The notes under the pieces: generated by a model
What the model was told of the DNA's origin: nothing
Database searches by the model: none
The model's input: the letters and a program-made list of their open reading frames with translations, nothing else
Program-made: the position numbers and the translations under genes
Source of the DNA: Patescibacteria group bacterium
Lineage (GTDB): Bacteria; Patescibacteriota; Microgenomatia; Levybacterales; UBA12049
NCBI GenBank assembly: GCA_026004395.1
Contig: BPJB01000001.1
Span: forward strand, 969,226 to 1,033,225
Direction of reading: 5' to 3'
DNA length: 64,000 nucleotides
Shown: piece after piece, positions 30,221 through 39,604 of the stretch
How the letters are laid out: every line of letters starts with the position of its first letter
How positions within the stretch are numbered: the stretch's first letter is position 1

Positions 30221-31393
30221 GAGTTAATTATAAGCTGATAGTTACTAGCGTTTAGTTCTTCGGAGCCAAACACTATTCACTATCCACTACGTACGGCCGC
30301 TAGCTTTTCGCTTGCACAACTAAAAGCTTAGGCCAAAGGCCCAATCCGCCTTTTGTCAAATGCTAAATCGGCCAGTAACCACAACAGATCTTAATGTGCT
30401 ATCCAAAGTAAATCGAGAAAACGTCTCAGAGGTCAGAAGGTTCTTCTCTTTGAAGAAAAAATGTATAAAATATCACTCATAAAAAAACGTTTCGTCGATT
30501 TACTCTAGATGGCTATGGTAGCATAGCCATCTCAGGCTGTCAAGTACTTGTTCTGGATAATCATATTATAAAGTGATCTCGCAATTTTCGTAAAATTAAA
30601 TGTTACTTCCTTTTTTTCAAAAAAAGGAAGTAAGTAATACTAAAAAACCATCCCAAAAAATCTGTTATAACTATTTAATAGTAAGTAGTAATCTAAATAA
30701 GACAGAATTGTTAGATTGCAGTTCAGAACAATGGTAAAAGCTTCAAACCGACAAAAAGAAGGCTGTCTTGAATCCTAATAAAATAACTAATACCATCTCT
30801 CACACATCTAATCTTCAACTCTGCTAAAACTTCCTCTTTATCTTATGTCCTAAACTATATCTTCAGCCAAAATAAATTAAGCTTGTATCTTTACTAAAAA
30901 CGCGATGCTATTATATAGAGTAAACTAAATACAGATAATCGATTTCAAAAATAAAATGACTGAGAGAAGTATTTCCCCAAATCTGCAGAAAGATTTGAAA
31001 AAAATCTGGGGTGAGAAATCTTACACCAGACGTATGCTCTTTGGTCCTCCTCTGACTATTAATAATCTCAAACATGATCACAATCCAGGTAATGAAAATA
31101 ATAAACTTTCTGACTTCAACCAAGACAATAATGAATCTTCTTATTTCACTCCAGCTCAAAAATCAACAGGCAGAATACTAAAACGCAGTTCATACTCCCC
31201 AAAGTAAAACAAATAACAAACACTTACTGCCATTTTTATAAAAGGTACAAAAATAGCTTTTTTTAGAATCAGTCTTCTATTTTTTTTTAACGTACGATAA
31301 CTTCAATTAAATAGATCCTATTGACAATTAAATCTTTTTGTCAGATACTCTTTGGTAGATACATTTTATCCGTGAGGGATTCACTCACACTAC

Positions 31394-33061
31394 ATGAAAA
31401 TAAAAAATGTCTCTCTACGACTAAGTAGATATAAAAAATTATTTATCGAGCTTTTCTCTCTGATTCTTCTTACTATATCAGTACTTCTTCTAGTTACTCA
31501 GTTGAGAAACTCTCAAAATTTTGAGTCTAGAGCAAGAGCATTCGAGACTGTTTTTTCATTCGGAGCTGTAGGTGATATCGGTGCAACAAGTAATTCTTCA
31601 GCTGTTTTAAGTGCTATTACCCCATCAGCAGTAAATTTCTTTCTGGCATTAGGAGATCTTAGTTACAATCAAATAACTCCTGAATCAGCCTGGTGTAATT
31701 ATGTCAAACAAAAAGTAGGAAATGATTTTCCTTTTGAGTTAGTTGCTGGCAATCATGAAGATGATGGTCCTGATGGACAAATTGCCAATTTTGCCTCTTG
31801 CCTTCCTGATCGCCTAGGAACAATTGTTGGTACTTATCCCAAAGAATATTATTTTGATTACCCAACTACCAATCCTATTGCTCGATTTATTCTGATCTCA
31901 CCTAACTTAACATTTCCCAATGAGGGAACTTACTCTTATGCTAAGAATACTCCTCGTTATGAATGGACTAAAAACGCTATTGATTCGGCACGTGCACAAG
32001 GCATAAAGTGGATTATTGTTGGCATGCATAAATACTGCATAGCTATGGTATCAGGATCCTGTCAAATAGGAGCAGATATTATGAATCTTCTCATTGAGAA
32101 AAAAGTCGATCTATATCTCCAAGCACATGATCATGCATATGCTCGCAGTAAACAACTTGCCCTCTCATCTCTTTGTACAGCAATTACTCCTGGATCATAC
32201 AATAGTAACTGTGTAGTTGATGATGGAGCGGACAATATATACATTAAAGGACAAGGAACTATTATTCTGACAATTGGACAAGGGGGCAGATCACTCAACA
32301 AACAATATACATCAGATAGCGAAGCTAAGTATTTTGCTAATTGGATGGGAAGTAACTTCAATCCAACTTATGGTTTTATAAAATTTACTGTATCAGATTC
32401 AAGAATCCAAGCGGAGTTTGTCAAGGGCTTAAATCTGTCAGGGAATTTCACTGAAAACTTCTCTATTATTGATAATGCTTCTCAAATTTCTCCAACCGTT
32501 ACACCAACTCCCACACTTAACCAAACAACACCAACTCCAACACCCACCCAACAGCCTACACCAACACCTACTCCCTCGCAAACACCAGCAACAATTACTC
32601 TTGATGCAGTGGCAGATACTTATGTCTCAAGCAGCAATCCCACAGTAAATTACGGAGCAAGTACTTCTTTGTACTCGGATGCAAGTCCAATAATGATAAG
32701 CTACCTTAAATTTGATACTTCCGGATTAAACGGTATATTGAAAAAAGCAACACTTCGCATCAGAACAACATCTGGAACCTACTCTGGATCACCTGGTCCT
32801 GAGTATGTGAAAATTGTAGAGGATACCTCATGGAGCGAGTCAATGCTAACTTATAACACTCGGCCATCTCTCTCAACTACTCTGGGAAGTGTAAGTAACA
32901 CCATCTCAAACACTACTTATGACATACCTCTTGATACAACAATTATTCAATCAAAGCTTGGAGGAATTATCTCTCTGGGGGTGGATACGCAACACTCTGA
33001 TGCGTTCTATTTTAACTCTAAAGAAACATCAAGCAAGCCTCAGATTATTTTGGAGTTCTAA
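31394..33061 (+). CDS. membrane-anchored metallophosphoesterase (purple-acid-phosphatase-like) with PT linker and DNRLRE-like C-terminal domain
   Basis: N-terminal TM. Calcineurin-like motifs GDLSY, GNHE, GMHKY and QAHDHAYAR. A PT-rich linker (TPTPTLNQTTPTPTPTQQPTPTPTPSQTP) is followed by a C-terminal domain with ATLRIRTTSG (DNRLRE-like). Confidence 0.7.
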   Translation: MKIKNVSLRLSRYKKLFIELFSLILLTISVLLLVTQLRNSQNFESRARAFETVFSFGAVGDIGATSNSSAVLSAITPSAVNFFLALGDLSYNQITPESAWCNYVKQKVGNDFPFELVAGNHEDDGPDGQIANFASCLPDRLGTIVGTYPKEYYFDYPTTNPIARFILISPNLTFPNEGTYSYAKNTPRYEWTKNAIDSARAQGIKWIIVGMHKYCIAMVSGSCQIGADIMNLLIEKKVDLYLQAHDHAYARSKQLALSSLCTAITPGSYNSNCVVDDGADNIYIKGQGTIILTIGQGGRSLNKQYTSDSEAKYFANWMGSNFNPTYGFIKFTVSDSRIQAEFVKGLNLSGNFTENFSIIDNASQISPTVTPTPTLNQTTPTPTPTQQPTPTPTPSQTPATITLDAVADTYVSSSNPTVNYGASTSLYSDASPIMISYLKFDTSGLNGILKKATLRIRTTSGTYSGSPGPEYVKIVEDTSWSESMLTYNTRPSLSTTLGSVSNTISNTTYDIPLDTTIIQSKLGGIISLGVDTQHSDAFYFNSKETSSKPQIILEF

Positions 33062-33068
33062 TTAACAC

Positions 33069-34040
33069 TCAATTGGCGATAAATTGAATCTCTTTTCCCT
33101 CAGATGAAAGCCAGCGCTCAGCCTCCAATGCAGCCGCAGCTCCAAAACCTGCAGCAGTTATTGCCTGACGATAGGAGCGATCGTGCACATCTCCTGCGGT
33201 AAAAACACCCGGAACATTAGTGTGGAAATGATTATAGACTTTTATATATCCATCATTATCAAGATCTATACCCTGATACATTTTTGTGTTCGGTATATGA
33301 CCAATTGCAACAAAAATACCATCAACTGGCACTTCCCTCTTTTCACCTGTTTTTGTATCTTGAATTACTGCTGACTCAACCTTATCTTTACCTTTAATCT
33401 CAGTTATTATGGAGTTATAAAGAAATTTAATTTTGGGATTTTCTTTGGCTCGTCTTTGCATAATTTCGCTTGCTCTAAGACTATCTCGTCTGTGAATGAC
33501 TGTCACACTATTGGCTACTTTTGCCAGCACTAATGCCTCTTCCATTGCGCTATCGCCTCCTCCAACAACAAAAACATTTTTCCCTCTAAAAAACATGGCA
33601 TCACAGGTTGCACAGGATGAGACACCTTTTCCAATTAACTCTTTTTCTCCCGGAACATTAAGCCAACGAGCATCCGCACCTGAGGCAATAATCACTGCTC
33701 TTGCTTTATATTCTTTTCCTCCTGCCCTAAGAATAAACGGACGATGCGTGAAATCTCCTTCTGTAAAATTGACGTCGATTATCTTTGCACCATGATTTTC
33801 AGCTTGCTTGCGCATCCTCATCATTAGCTCTGGCCCTTGAATGCCCTCAGGAAAACCGGGGAAATTTTCAACTAATGATGTCAGCATCAGTTGTCCTCCC
33901 CATTTCTCACCGGCAATGACGAGCGTTTTTAATGCAGCACGAGTGGTATATATAGCAGCGGTAAGACCAGCAGGACCTGAACCAATGATAATCACATCAT
34001 AAAGATTATCCATAACCCAAATGTCAAAACTCAAAAGCAC
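33069..34040 (-). CDS. trxB: thioredoxin-disulfide reductase
   Basis: FAD-binding GSGPAG, redox-active CATCDA, and an NADPH-binding GGGDSA motif, in a 323 aa protein. Confidence 0.9.
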   Translation of the reverse strand: MLLSFDIWVMDNLYDVIIIGSGPAGLTAAIYTTRAALKTLVIAGEKWGGQLMLTSLVENFPGFPEGIQGPELMMRMRKQAENHGAKIIDVNFTEGDFTHRPFILRAGGKEYKARAVIIASGADARWLNVPGEKELIGKGVSSCATCDAMFFRGKNVFVVGGGDSAMEEALVLAKVANSVTVIHRRDSLRASEIMQRRAKENPKIKFLYNSIITEIKGKDKVESAVIQDTKTGEKREVPVDGIFVAIGHIPNTKMYQGIDLDNDGYIKVYNHFHTNVPGVFTAGDVHDRSYRQAITAAGFGAAAALEAERWLSSEGKEIQFIAN

Positions 34041-34107
34041 AAGTTAAAATTCAAAATGACGATAAACTTTACTTTTGAGTGTCATTTTGAATTTTTAACC
34101 TTTAACT

Positions 34108-34467
34108 TTAGTTCTGAAGAAATTGCTCTATTTTTTGTTTGATAACCTCTTTACTCTGGGCACCAACTATTGAATCAACCGGCTGTCCACCTTTAAAGAA
34201 AAGAAGTGTAGGAATTGACATAATATTATACTTGGCTGCTGTTTGTTGATTTTCATCCACATTTAACTTACCCACTTTCAATTTACCTGCGTACTCGTTT
34301 GCAAGTTCTTCAATGATTGGAGCAATAATCCTACAGGGAGCACACCAGGGAGCCCAAAAATCAACAAGAACAGGAATTTCAGAAGATATAACTTCGTTTT
34401 GAAAATTTTGATCTGTAAAAACGTTTTCTTCAGCCATGAAATTTACCAATAGTAACAATGCTACCAA
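34108..34467 (-). CDS. trxA: thioredoxin
   Basis: WAPWCAPCR active site in a roughly 110 aa thioredoxin fold with an N-terminal extension. Confidence 0.85.
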   Translation of the reverse strand: MVALLLLVNFMAEENVFTDQNFQNEVISSEIPVLVDFWAPWCAPCRIIAPIIEELANEYAGKLKVGKLNVDENQQTAAKYNIMSIPTLLFFKGGQPVDSIVGAQSKEVIKQKIEQFLQN

Positions 34468-34497
34468 GCAGAAAAAGGACTGTCAATACTTAAAGAT

Positions 34498-35145
34498 TTA
34501 TTTAAGCTTATCATCAATAATTCTTTTGAAATTCTCATATGAGATGACACCAGTATATTTCTCTCCATTGATGAAAAATGTTGGTGTTGAGTTAACGCCA
34601 AGTTGCAGCGCATCATCCTGATCTTTTTGAATATTTTTAGCAAGAGATGCATCAGCAAATGCAGTCGTGAAGCTTTCCATATTAAGATTAAGATTTTGAG
34701 CATATCCTCTAAATAGTTCCTCTGGATTATTACTTTCAGCCCAATCAAGTTGATTATTAAAAAGTAAATCGTGCATCTCAAAAAATTTTCCTTGTTTTCC
34801 TGCTGCTTCAGCTGCTTTAGCTGCAGAAAAAGCGTTTTTATGACCAGGAAGAGGAAAATGGCGAAAAACGAAATAGATGCGATCTTTATACTCCTCAACT
34901 ATTTGTTTCACCACAGGTTGTGCAGAGGCACACGCTGGACATTGAAAATCTGCAAATTCAACAATTGTTACCTTAGCAGAAGAAGAGCCAATAGCATGCT
35001 CTCCTGTACCTACTAAAAGCTTGGTATCAGTGACCTTTTCTCCACTTTGTTGAGTTGGTTTGCCACCCAGAAGCAATGCAGCACCTACTACAATAATTAG
35101 TGTTACAATACCAATCGTACTTAAAAAAAGAGCTTCTCTCTTCAT
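34498..35145 (-). CDS. DsbA-family thiol:disulfide oxidoreductase (BdbD-like), membrane-anchored
   Basis: FADFQCPACA is a CxxC in a DsbA-like thioredoxin fold. The ATG at 35145 (MKREALFLS..., a TM anchor) overlaps the stop of the upstream DsbB-like gene. The ORF-track start at 35244 is probably too long. Confidence 0.75.
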   Translation of the reverse strand: MKREALFLSTIGIVTLIIVVGAALLLGGKPTQQSGEKVTDTKLLVGTGEHAIGSSSAKVTIVEFADFQCPACASAQPVVKQIVEEYKDRIYFVFRHFPLPGHKNAFSAAKAAEAAGKQGKFFEMHDLLFNNQLDWAESNNPEELFRGYAQNLNLNMESFTTAFADASLAKNIQKDQDDALQLGVNSTPTFFINGEKYTGVISYENFKRIIDDKLK

Positions 35146-35570
35146 GATTGCTTTTTTAAATAACTTCTGTAGAGTAGCATACTTATTGTGATGATTGCAA
35201 ATGCAATAAATGAAAGCAGGGGAATTGTGATAAATCCAAACCACTCAACTTGTCTTGTCGTACATGATACGCCCAAAATACATGGTGCAGCCGATTCAGG
35301 AAGAAAATGATAATAAAGCAGGTTATGATAGAAAGCAATCAATAAACCTACAACACTTAGTGGCAAAACATAACGAATTACATGTTTATCCTGTGTATAA
35401 ATACCCACTGCTAAAATAACAACCAGCGGATACATAGCAATCCTTTGATACCAACAGAGCACGCAAGGAGGAAAAAGAAGTACTTCGCTGAAAAACAGAC
35501 TTCCCAAAGTTGCAGAAAGCGCCTGCATAAAAGCAATATAGAGAGCATTAGCTTGCACAAATTTCACCAT
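35142..35570 (-). CDS. disulfide bond formation protein B (DsbB/BdbC family)
   Basis: Four TM helices with PCVLCWYQRI, matching the BdbC/DsbB CxxC loop, plus a second Cys pair (CILGVSC). Translationally coupled to the DsbA-like gene. Confidence 0.7.
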   Translation of the reverse strand: MVKFVQANALYIAFMQALSATLGSLFFSEVLLFPPCVLCWYQRIAMYPLVVILAVGIYTQDKHVIRYVLPLSVVGLLIAFYHNLLYYHFLPESAAPCILGVSCTTRQVEWFGFITIPLLSFIAFAIITISMLLYRSYLKKQS

Positions 35571-35598
35571 ATAATCAAGGATTATACTATAAAATAAG

Positions 35599-37161
35599 TC
35601 ATCCTAAATCTTCAGTTTTCTCATGTAAAAACTTAAACCATTGCTCAACAAAGGCGAAAAAAACCTTAAAAGGCGTCTCAATCATAAAATCAAAAAGAAA
35701 AAGGAAAAAATTAATCTGAGAAATACTCTGTGTTAATCTCCTTCCTACCCTAATAACAGGCATAAACAGAAAATCAATAAATGGTGTGAGAACATCCTGT
35801 TTCTCTCCCACGCGAAAAAGGTTTGCAGTGAGGCTGATTCTATATGCTAAAAAGGACACGATTGTGAGGAAGAAAATAAATACAGCTTGGCTAATCAATG
35901 TAAATTGAAGTTTTGATAATACAAAAATAATTGCTCCGAAGGATATTAAAAAAGCAGAGAGCCAAAGAAGATTAAAAATAATATGCGGCTTTTCTTGTTC
36001 TTTTTTTACCAAAAGTGGTGCACCCAGACGAGGTTTTTCTGCAAAAAGAAGTATTTTTATGTACTCAAAAATTCTTTTCGTGTTCTCCTCACCAGGAGGA
36101 CGAATTAATAGACTGACAATAATCATGAGTAGAGGGGGGATAGATGTGTTAATAATCAAAGAGTTCCAGAGAACATATCCATACACGATCCTCTCAAATG
36201 TACCCTCAACTGCGAATGCAAAAATTACTTTTGTAAGAAGAATAAAAAGAACACTCCGAACAATTGCCCTTCTGACCTTGGAAGCTATGCTTTTATAGCG
36301 TACTTCACAGGCATCTTGCACTGCTTTTCGCAGATTTTCCTCACTCTCAAAAATAGAGTCAAGATTTCCTACATTATTTTTGAGAATATCTTCTAAGATA
36401 AAAAATGCCGCAGCTCGTTTTTTGATATAGGAATAAATTTTGTCCCTTTTGGGATATGCAAGTTGTTTGGTTATTTCTTTATAAGCTTGGGGAAAATCTT
36501 TTGCGATTTGTTCGATATTCTGTTGATTTACTTCTCCAAAGTATAAAAGAAAAAGATTGTAACGCAAAAAAGCAATATCATCTCGAGCAAATGCACGCCT
36601 TACAGCCAAATACACCTGAGCGTTACGCGTTTCTTCGGTATCATCAACGATTGTCACATCATCTTTAAGTACCTGATACATGAAATTAGCAATTGTTTGT
36701 TTCTCAGTATTAGGATTAAGTACATTCTCAATTGCACTTGACATAAGGTGATAAATCCATTCATTCAATACTCCTATTGAGATCTTATGTTGCTGAAGTA
36801 CATTCATTCGCAGTCTAAGATAAAGATCAATGACTTCCTCTACTTTTGCAATCGAGCTCTCAGGAACAGTGTTGTCTTGGAGATAGCGTGCCCAAATAAG
36901 CTCTCTAATAAGAGGCTCTGCCGTTGATTTGGCTGTACCTCCTAAAAGTAGATGTCGTCGAAGTATTCGCTCAATTGTGGCGCGTAAGATCACTTCATCT
37001 TCTCGATACTCCATGGCATTGCGCAGTTTCTCATAAGCTGAAGCCATTTTGGAGACAAAAGGATTAACAGTAATCTTGCGTTCAAAACTAGGCTCCTGTT
37101 TTACCTCAAATCGTTCAATGACTAAAGAGGCTAGAGGACTCGGGGTCAACTTAGTATCCAT
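35599..37161 (-). CDS. hypothetical protein, soluble N-terminal half and multi-TM C-terminal half
   Basis: 520 aa ORF with no recognisable catalytic motif. The C-terminal roughly 230 aa hold 5-6 TM helices. Confidence 0.5.
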   Translation of the reverse strand: MDTKLTPSPLASLVIERFEVKQEPSFERKITVNPFVSKMASAYEKLRNAMEYREDEVILRATIERILRRHLLLGGTAKSTAEPLIRELIWARYLQDNTVPESSIAKVEEVIDLYLRLRMNVLQQHKISIGVLNEWIYHLMSSAIENVLNPNTEKQTIANFMYQVLKDDVTIVDDTEETRNAQVYLAVRRAFARDDIAFLRYNLFLLYFGEVNQQNIEQIAKDFPQAYKEITKQLAYPKRDKIYSYIKKRAAAFFILEDILKNNVGNLDSIFESEENLRKAVQDACEVRYKSIASKVRRAIVRSVLFILLTKVIFAFAVEGTFERIVYGYVLWNSLIINTSIPPLLMIIVSLLIRPPGEENTKRIFEYIKILLFAEKPRLGAPLLVKKEQEKPHIIFNLLWLSAFLISFGAIIFVLSKLQFTLISQAVFIFFLTIVSFLAYRISLTANLFRVGEKQDVLTPFIDFLFMPVIRVGRRLTQSISQINFFLFLFDFMIETPFKVFFAFVEQWFKFLHEKTEDLG

Positions 37162-37313
37162 AGAAACAATTATACACCAGTTGTAATCACTTTTAAAAAA
37201 ACTTCTTACCTATTTATTCCTCAACTCTTACTAAGTTTAGTAAACACACTTACAGATTTTTGCTATACCTTGTCATGTGAATTGCGTATGAAACAAGGAG
37301 TAGCATATGAGAG

Positions 37314-37985
37314 GTGATCATGATGGACAAAGTTCTAGAGGATCGTTCCCACGAGTTGGGTCGGTTTATCACTCTTCCAGAAGAAAGACTCCTTATTGCA
37401 CAAAGAAAACATTGGTTTACACTGGCTGTACCATTGTTTTTTCAAGTATGGTTTTTATTAATTCTAGTTATATTTAGTTTTGCTCTATTTGTATTGTTTC
37501 TTAAGCAAGCTGCTCTATTTATACTCGCACTTGCTATACTTCTTCCTTTCTTTCTGACTAGCATTACCAAAACTATTCTTGACTGGTACTTTCATTTTTA
37601 TGTTATCACCAACCGTAAAATTTTAGAAATTGCCTGCTCCCCGCTTTTTTCTCATACTGTAAATGAAATTCTGCTCGATCAGGTGCGTTGTACAGAAATT
37701 GATATCAAACGAGATGGAATCTTAAATCATATCCTTGATAAAGGGCATGTCATCGTTACCTTTGACCGACCCACCCACCAAGAAGAGTTTTTATTCACTG
37801 ATATCAGTGATCCTCATACCCTTGGCACATATTTAGCTGATATCTTTGATCAGATGAGAAGTGTATCGGAGGGACGTTGGTTCCGATCACATAATGGAAT
37901 GATCCATTTTGTTGATGAGACATCATCAAATGGAGAAAAAACGGGAGGTGATACGAATGGAATTATTTACCCTCGTACTCTTTAG
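37314..37985 (+). CDS. membrane protein (bPH/YdbT-like topology), hypothetical
   Basis: Two N-terminal TM helices followed by a soluble domain. No family recognised with confidence. Confidence 0.45.
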   Translation: MIMMDKVLEDRSHELGRFITLPEERLLIAQRKHWFTLAVPLFFQVWFLLILVIFSFALFVLFLKQAALFILALAILLPFFLTSITKTILDWYFHFYVITNRKILEIACSPLFSHTVNEILLDQVRCTEIDIKRDGILNHILDKGHVIVTFDRPTHQEEFLFTDISDPHTLGTYLADIFDQMRSVSEGRWFRSHNGMIHFVDETSSNGEKTGGDTNGIIYPRTL

Positions 37986-38193
37986 CGTAGGACTACTGTT
38001 TATCCTCTGCCTTGCTATATACAGTTGGTTTCTCAATCGAGAGGCACAACGTCTTCTTGATAAATTAGATCTTTTCCCTCCTCATATTTTGCAGTTACTA
38101 CTGCAAATGGTTATTTTTTCACCTCTTTTAACTGCATCAATCTTGCTTATTGCTTTAATCGTTATCCAAAACATACTTCCCACATTTCTCTAA
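37957..38193 (+). CDS. small two-TM membrane protein, hypothetical
   Basis: MELFTLVLFSVGLLFILCLAIYSWFL... The ATG at 37957 overlaps the end of the upstream gene. ORF-track start is 37909. Confidence 0.3.
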   Translation: MELFTLVLFSVGLLFILCLAIYSWFLNREAQRLLDKLDLFPPHILQLLLQMVIFSPLLTASILLIALIVIQNILPTFL

Positions 38194-38248
38194 TTACTTT
38201 GTTCTGTCATTGACAATACATTTATTTTCTGCGTAAAATGGTGACATT

Positions 38249-39070
38249 ATGCCATATAAAAAAAACCCGCAATCTACAACTAACTCCAGAGAAGAAAGCG
38301 TTTCTGAGGAAAAAAAAGAATCTGACTATATTGAGATAAAACTCCCCAATATACAATCAAGAACTATCACTTCTCTTCTTATATTTGGGCTTTTATTAGC
38401 ATCATTTGCTCTGGGATACCAAACAGCAAAAGTCACCTACTGGGAGGAAAAAGCAAAAACTTTAGGTACCACGAACGCTCTTTCTCCTAATCTTACTCAG
38501 CCTTCTCCAACTCCTAGTAAAGTCGAAGTTTCCCCAGGACATCTGCCTCCATTGGGTAAAAACAATGCCAAAGTCACAATTATTGAGTTTAGCGATATGC
38601 AATGTCCTTTCTGTAGGCGATTCTGGAAAGATACATTACCCCAACTCAAAAAGGACTACATTGATAAAGGTCTAGTCAAATTTTATTATCGACATCTTCC
38701 TCTTCCTCCTGAAGTTCATCCTGCTGCAACATCCCTTGCTGAAGCATCAGAATGTGCAAATGATCAGAAGAAGTTCTGGGAGTATCACGATAAAATCTTT
38801 GCAGAACAAGCAAAACAAGGTGAAGGAACAATACCCATCACCAACGAGCAAATTAAAGAGTGGGCAGTTGAGATTGGACTTAATACTGCACAATTTAATG
38901 AATGCTTTGATAGTGGTAAATATTCCCAAAAAGTTAAAGACGATCTTGCTGATGCACAAAAGGTAGGTGCATATTCTACACCTACCTTTTATATCAATGG
39001 AACCCCGCTAGTTGGTGCGCTTCCCTATGAAGCCTTCAAAACGATTATTGATCAGGAACTCAAAAAATAA
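38249..39070 (+). CDS. second DsbA-family thioredoxin-fold protein, membrane-anchored
   Basis: N-terminal TM anchor, then FSDMQCPFCRRF (CxxC) and a typical DsbA C-terminal YSTPTFYINGTPL cis-Pro region. Confidence 0.7.
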   Translation: MPYKKNPQSTTNSREESVSEEKKESDYIEIKLPNIQSRTITSLLIFGLLLASFALGYQTAKVTYWEEKAKTLGTTNALSPNLTQPSPTPSKVEVSPGHLPPLGKNNAKVTIIEFSDMQCPFCRRFWKDTLPQLKKDYIDKGLVKFYYRHLPLPPEVHPAATSLAEASECANDQKKFWEYHDKIFAEQAKQGEGTIPITNEQIKEWAVEIGLNTAQFNECFDSGKYSQKVKDDLADAQKVGAYSTPTFYINGTPLVGALPYEAFKTIIDQELKK

Positions 39071-39085
39071 TCTGATTATGAAATA

Positions 39086-39604
39086 ATGATTAAATCCCTT
39101 TCAAATAAAAGAGTATTTCTGTTTACGCTTGTTTTTACTCTTGTTTTTGTATTGCTTCAGATATATTCCATCAACTATAGATTGATAAATCTTACTATTT
39201 TTAGTAATTCTCCTCTTTACTATAAACTGACATTAATCTGGCATCTTTTTATTGGCTACTGGAAAATGTTTGGGCTACAAGATGTTCTTTTTAATCTCAT
39301 AACAGCTCTACTGGTTGGATTAAATTTTGCTCTCTTCTTGATGACATTAGGCAATACAAAGCGCAGTGGTGCTTTAAAACTCTCTTTTGGAGGAGGAAGC
39401 TTCTTTGCTTTAATAAGCACAGGTTGTCCAAGTTGTGGAATAACATTACTCTCTTTTCTAGGACCGTCTGCTTCATTAATTAACTTATTTATTAGAACTA
39501 CAATTGTCCAGTTGTTAATTATTGGTGTTCTTTTATTATCTCTCTATTCACAGCTGAAAGCTTACCAACGATCACTAATTTGTGCCCTTCCTCAAAAAAA
39601 CTAA
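39086..39604 (+). CDS. four-TM membrane protein with GCPSC motif, unrecognised family, likely redox partner of the adjacent DsbA-like protein
   Basis: 172 aa with four hydrophobic helices and GGGSFFALISTGCPSCGITLLSFLGP at a membrane boundary. It lies 15 nt downstream of the DsbA-like gene. It does not match the DsbB or VKOR signatures I know. Confidence 0.5.
   Translation: MIKSLSNKRVFLFTLVFTLVFVLLQIYSINYRLINLTIFSNSPLYYKLTLIWHLFIGYWKMFGLQDVLFNLITALLVGLNFALFLMTLGNTKRSGALKLSFGGGSFFALISTGCPSCGITLLSFLGPSASLINLFIRTTIVQLLIIGVLLLSLYSQLKAYQRSLICALPQKN

Noticed and set aside
30221-30955. Possible 16S rRNA or tRNA-Ile upstream of tRNA-Ala(TGC)
   Set aside because: No 16S 3'-end (anti-SD CCTCCT region) and no tRNA T-loop/acceptor pattern was found in this 730 nt. 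The region appears to be an untranscribed or leader spacer.
30956-31207. 83 aa ORF 30956..31207 (Asn/Ser-rich)
   Set aside because: Low-complexity product with no SD, in the rRNA-operon upstream region. Kept only as a remote possibility.
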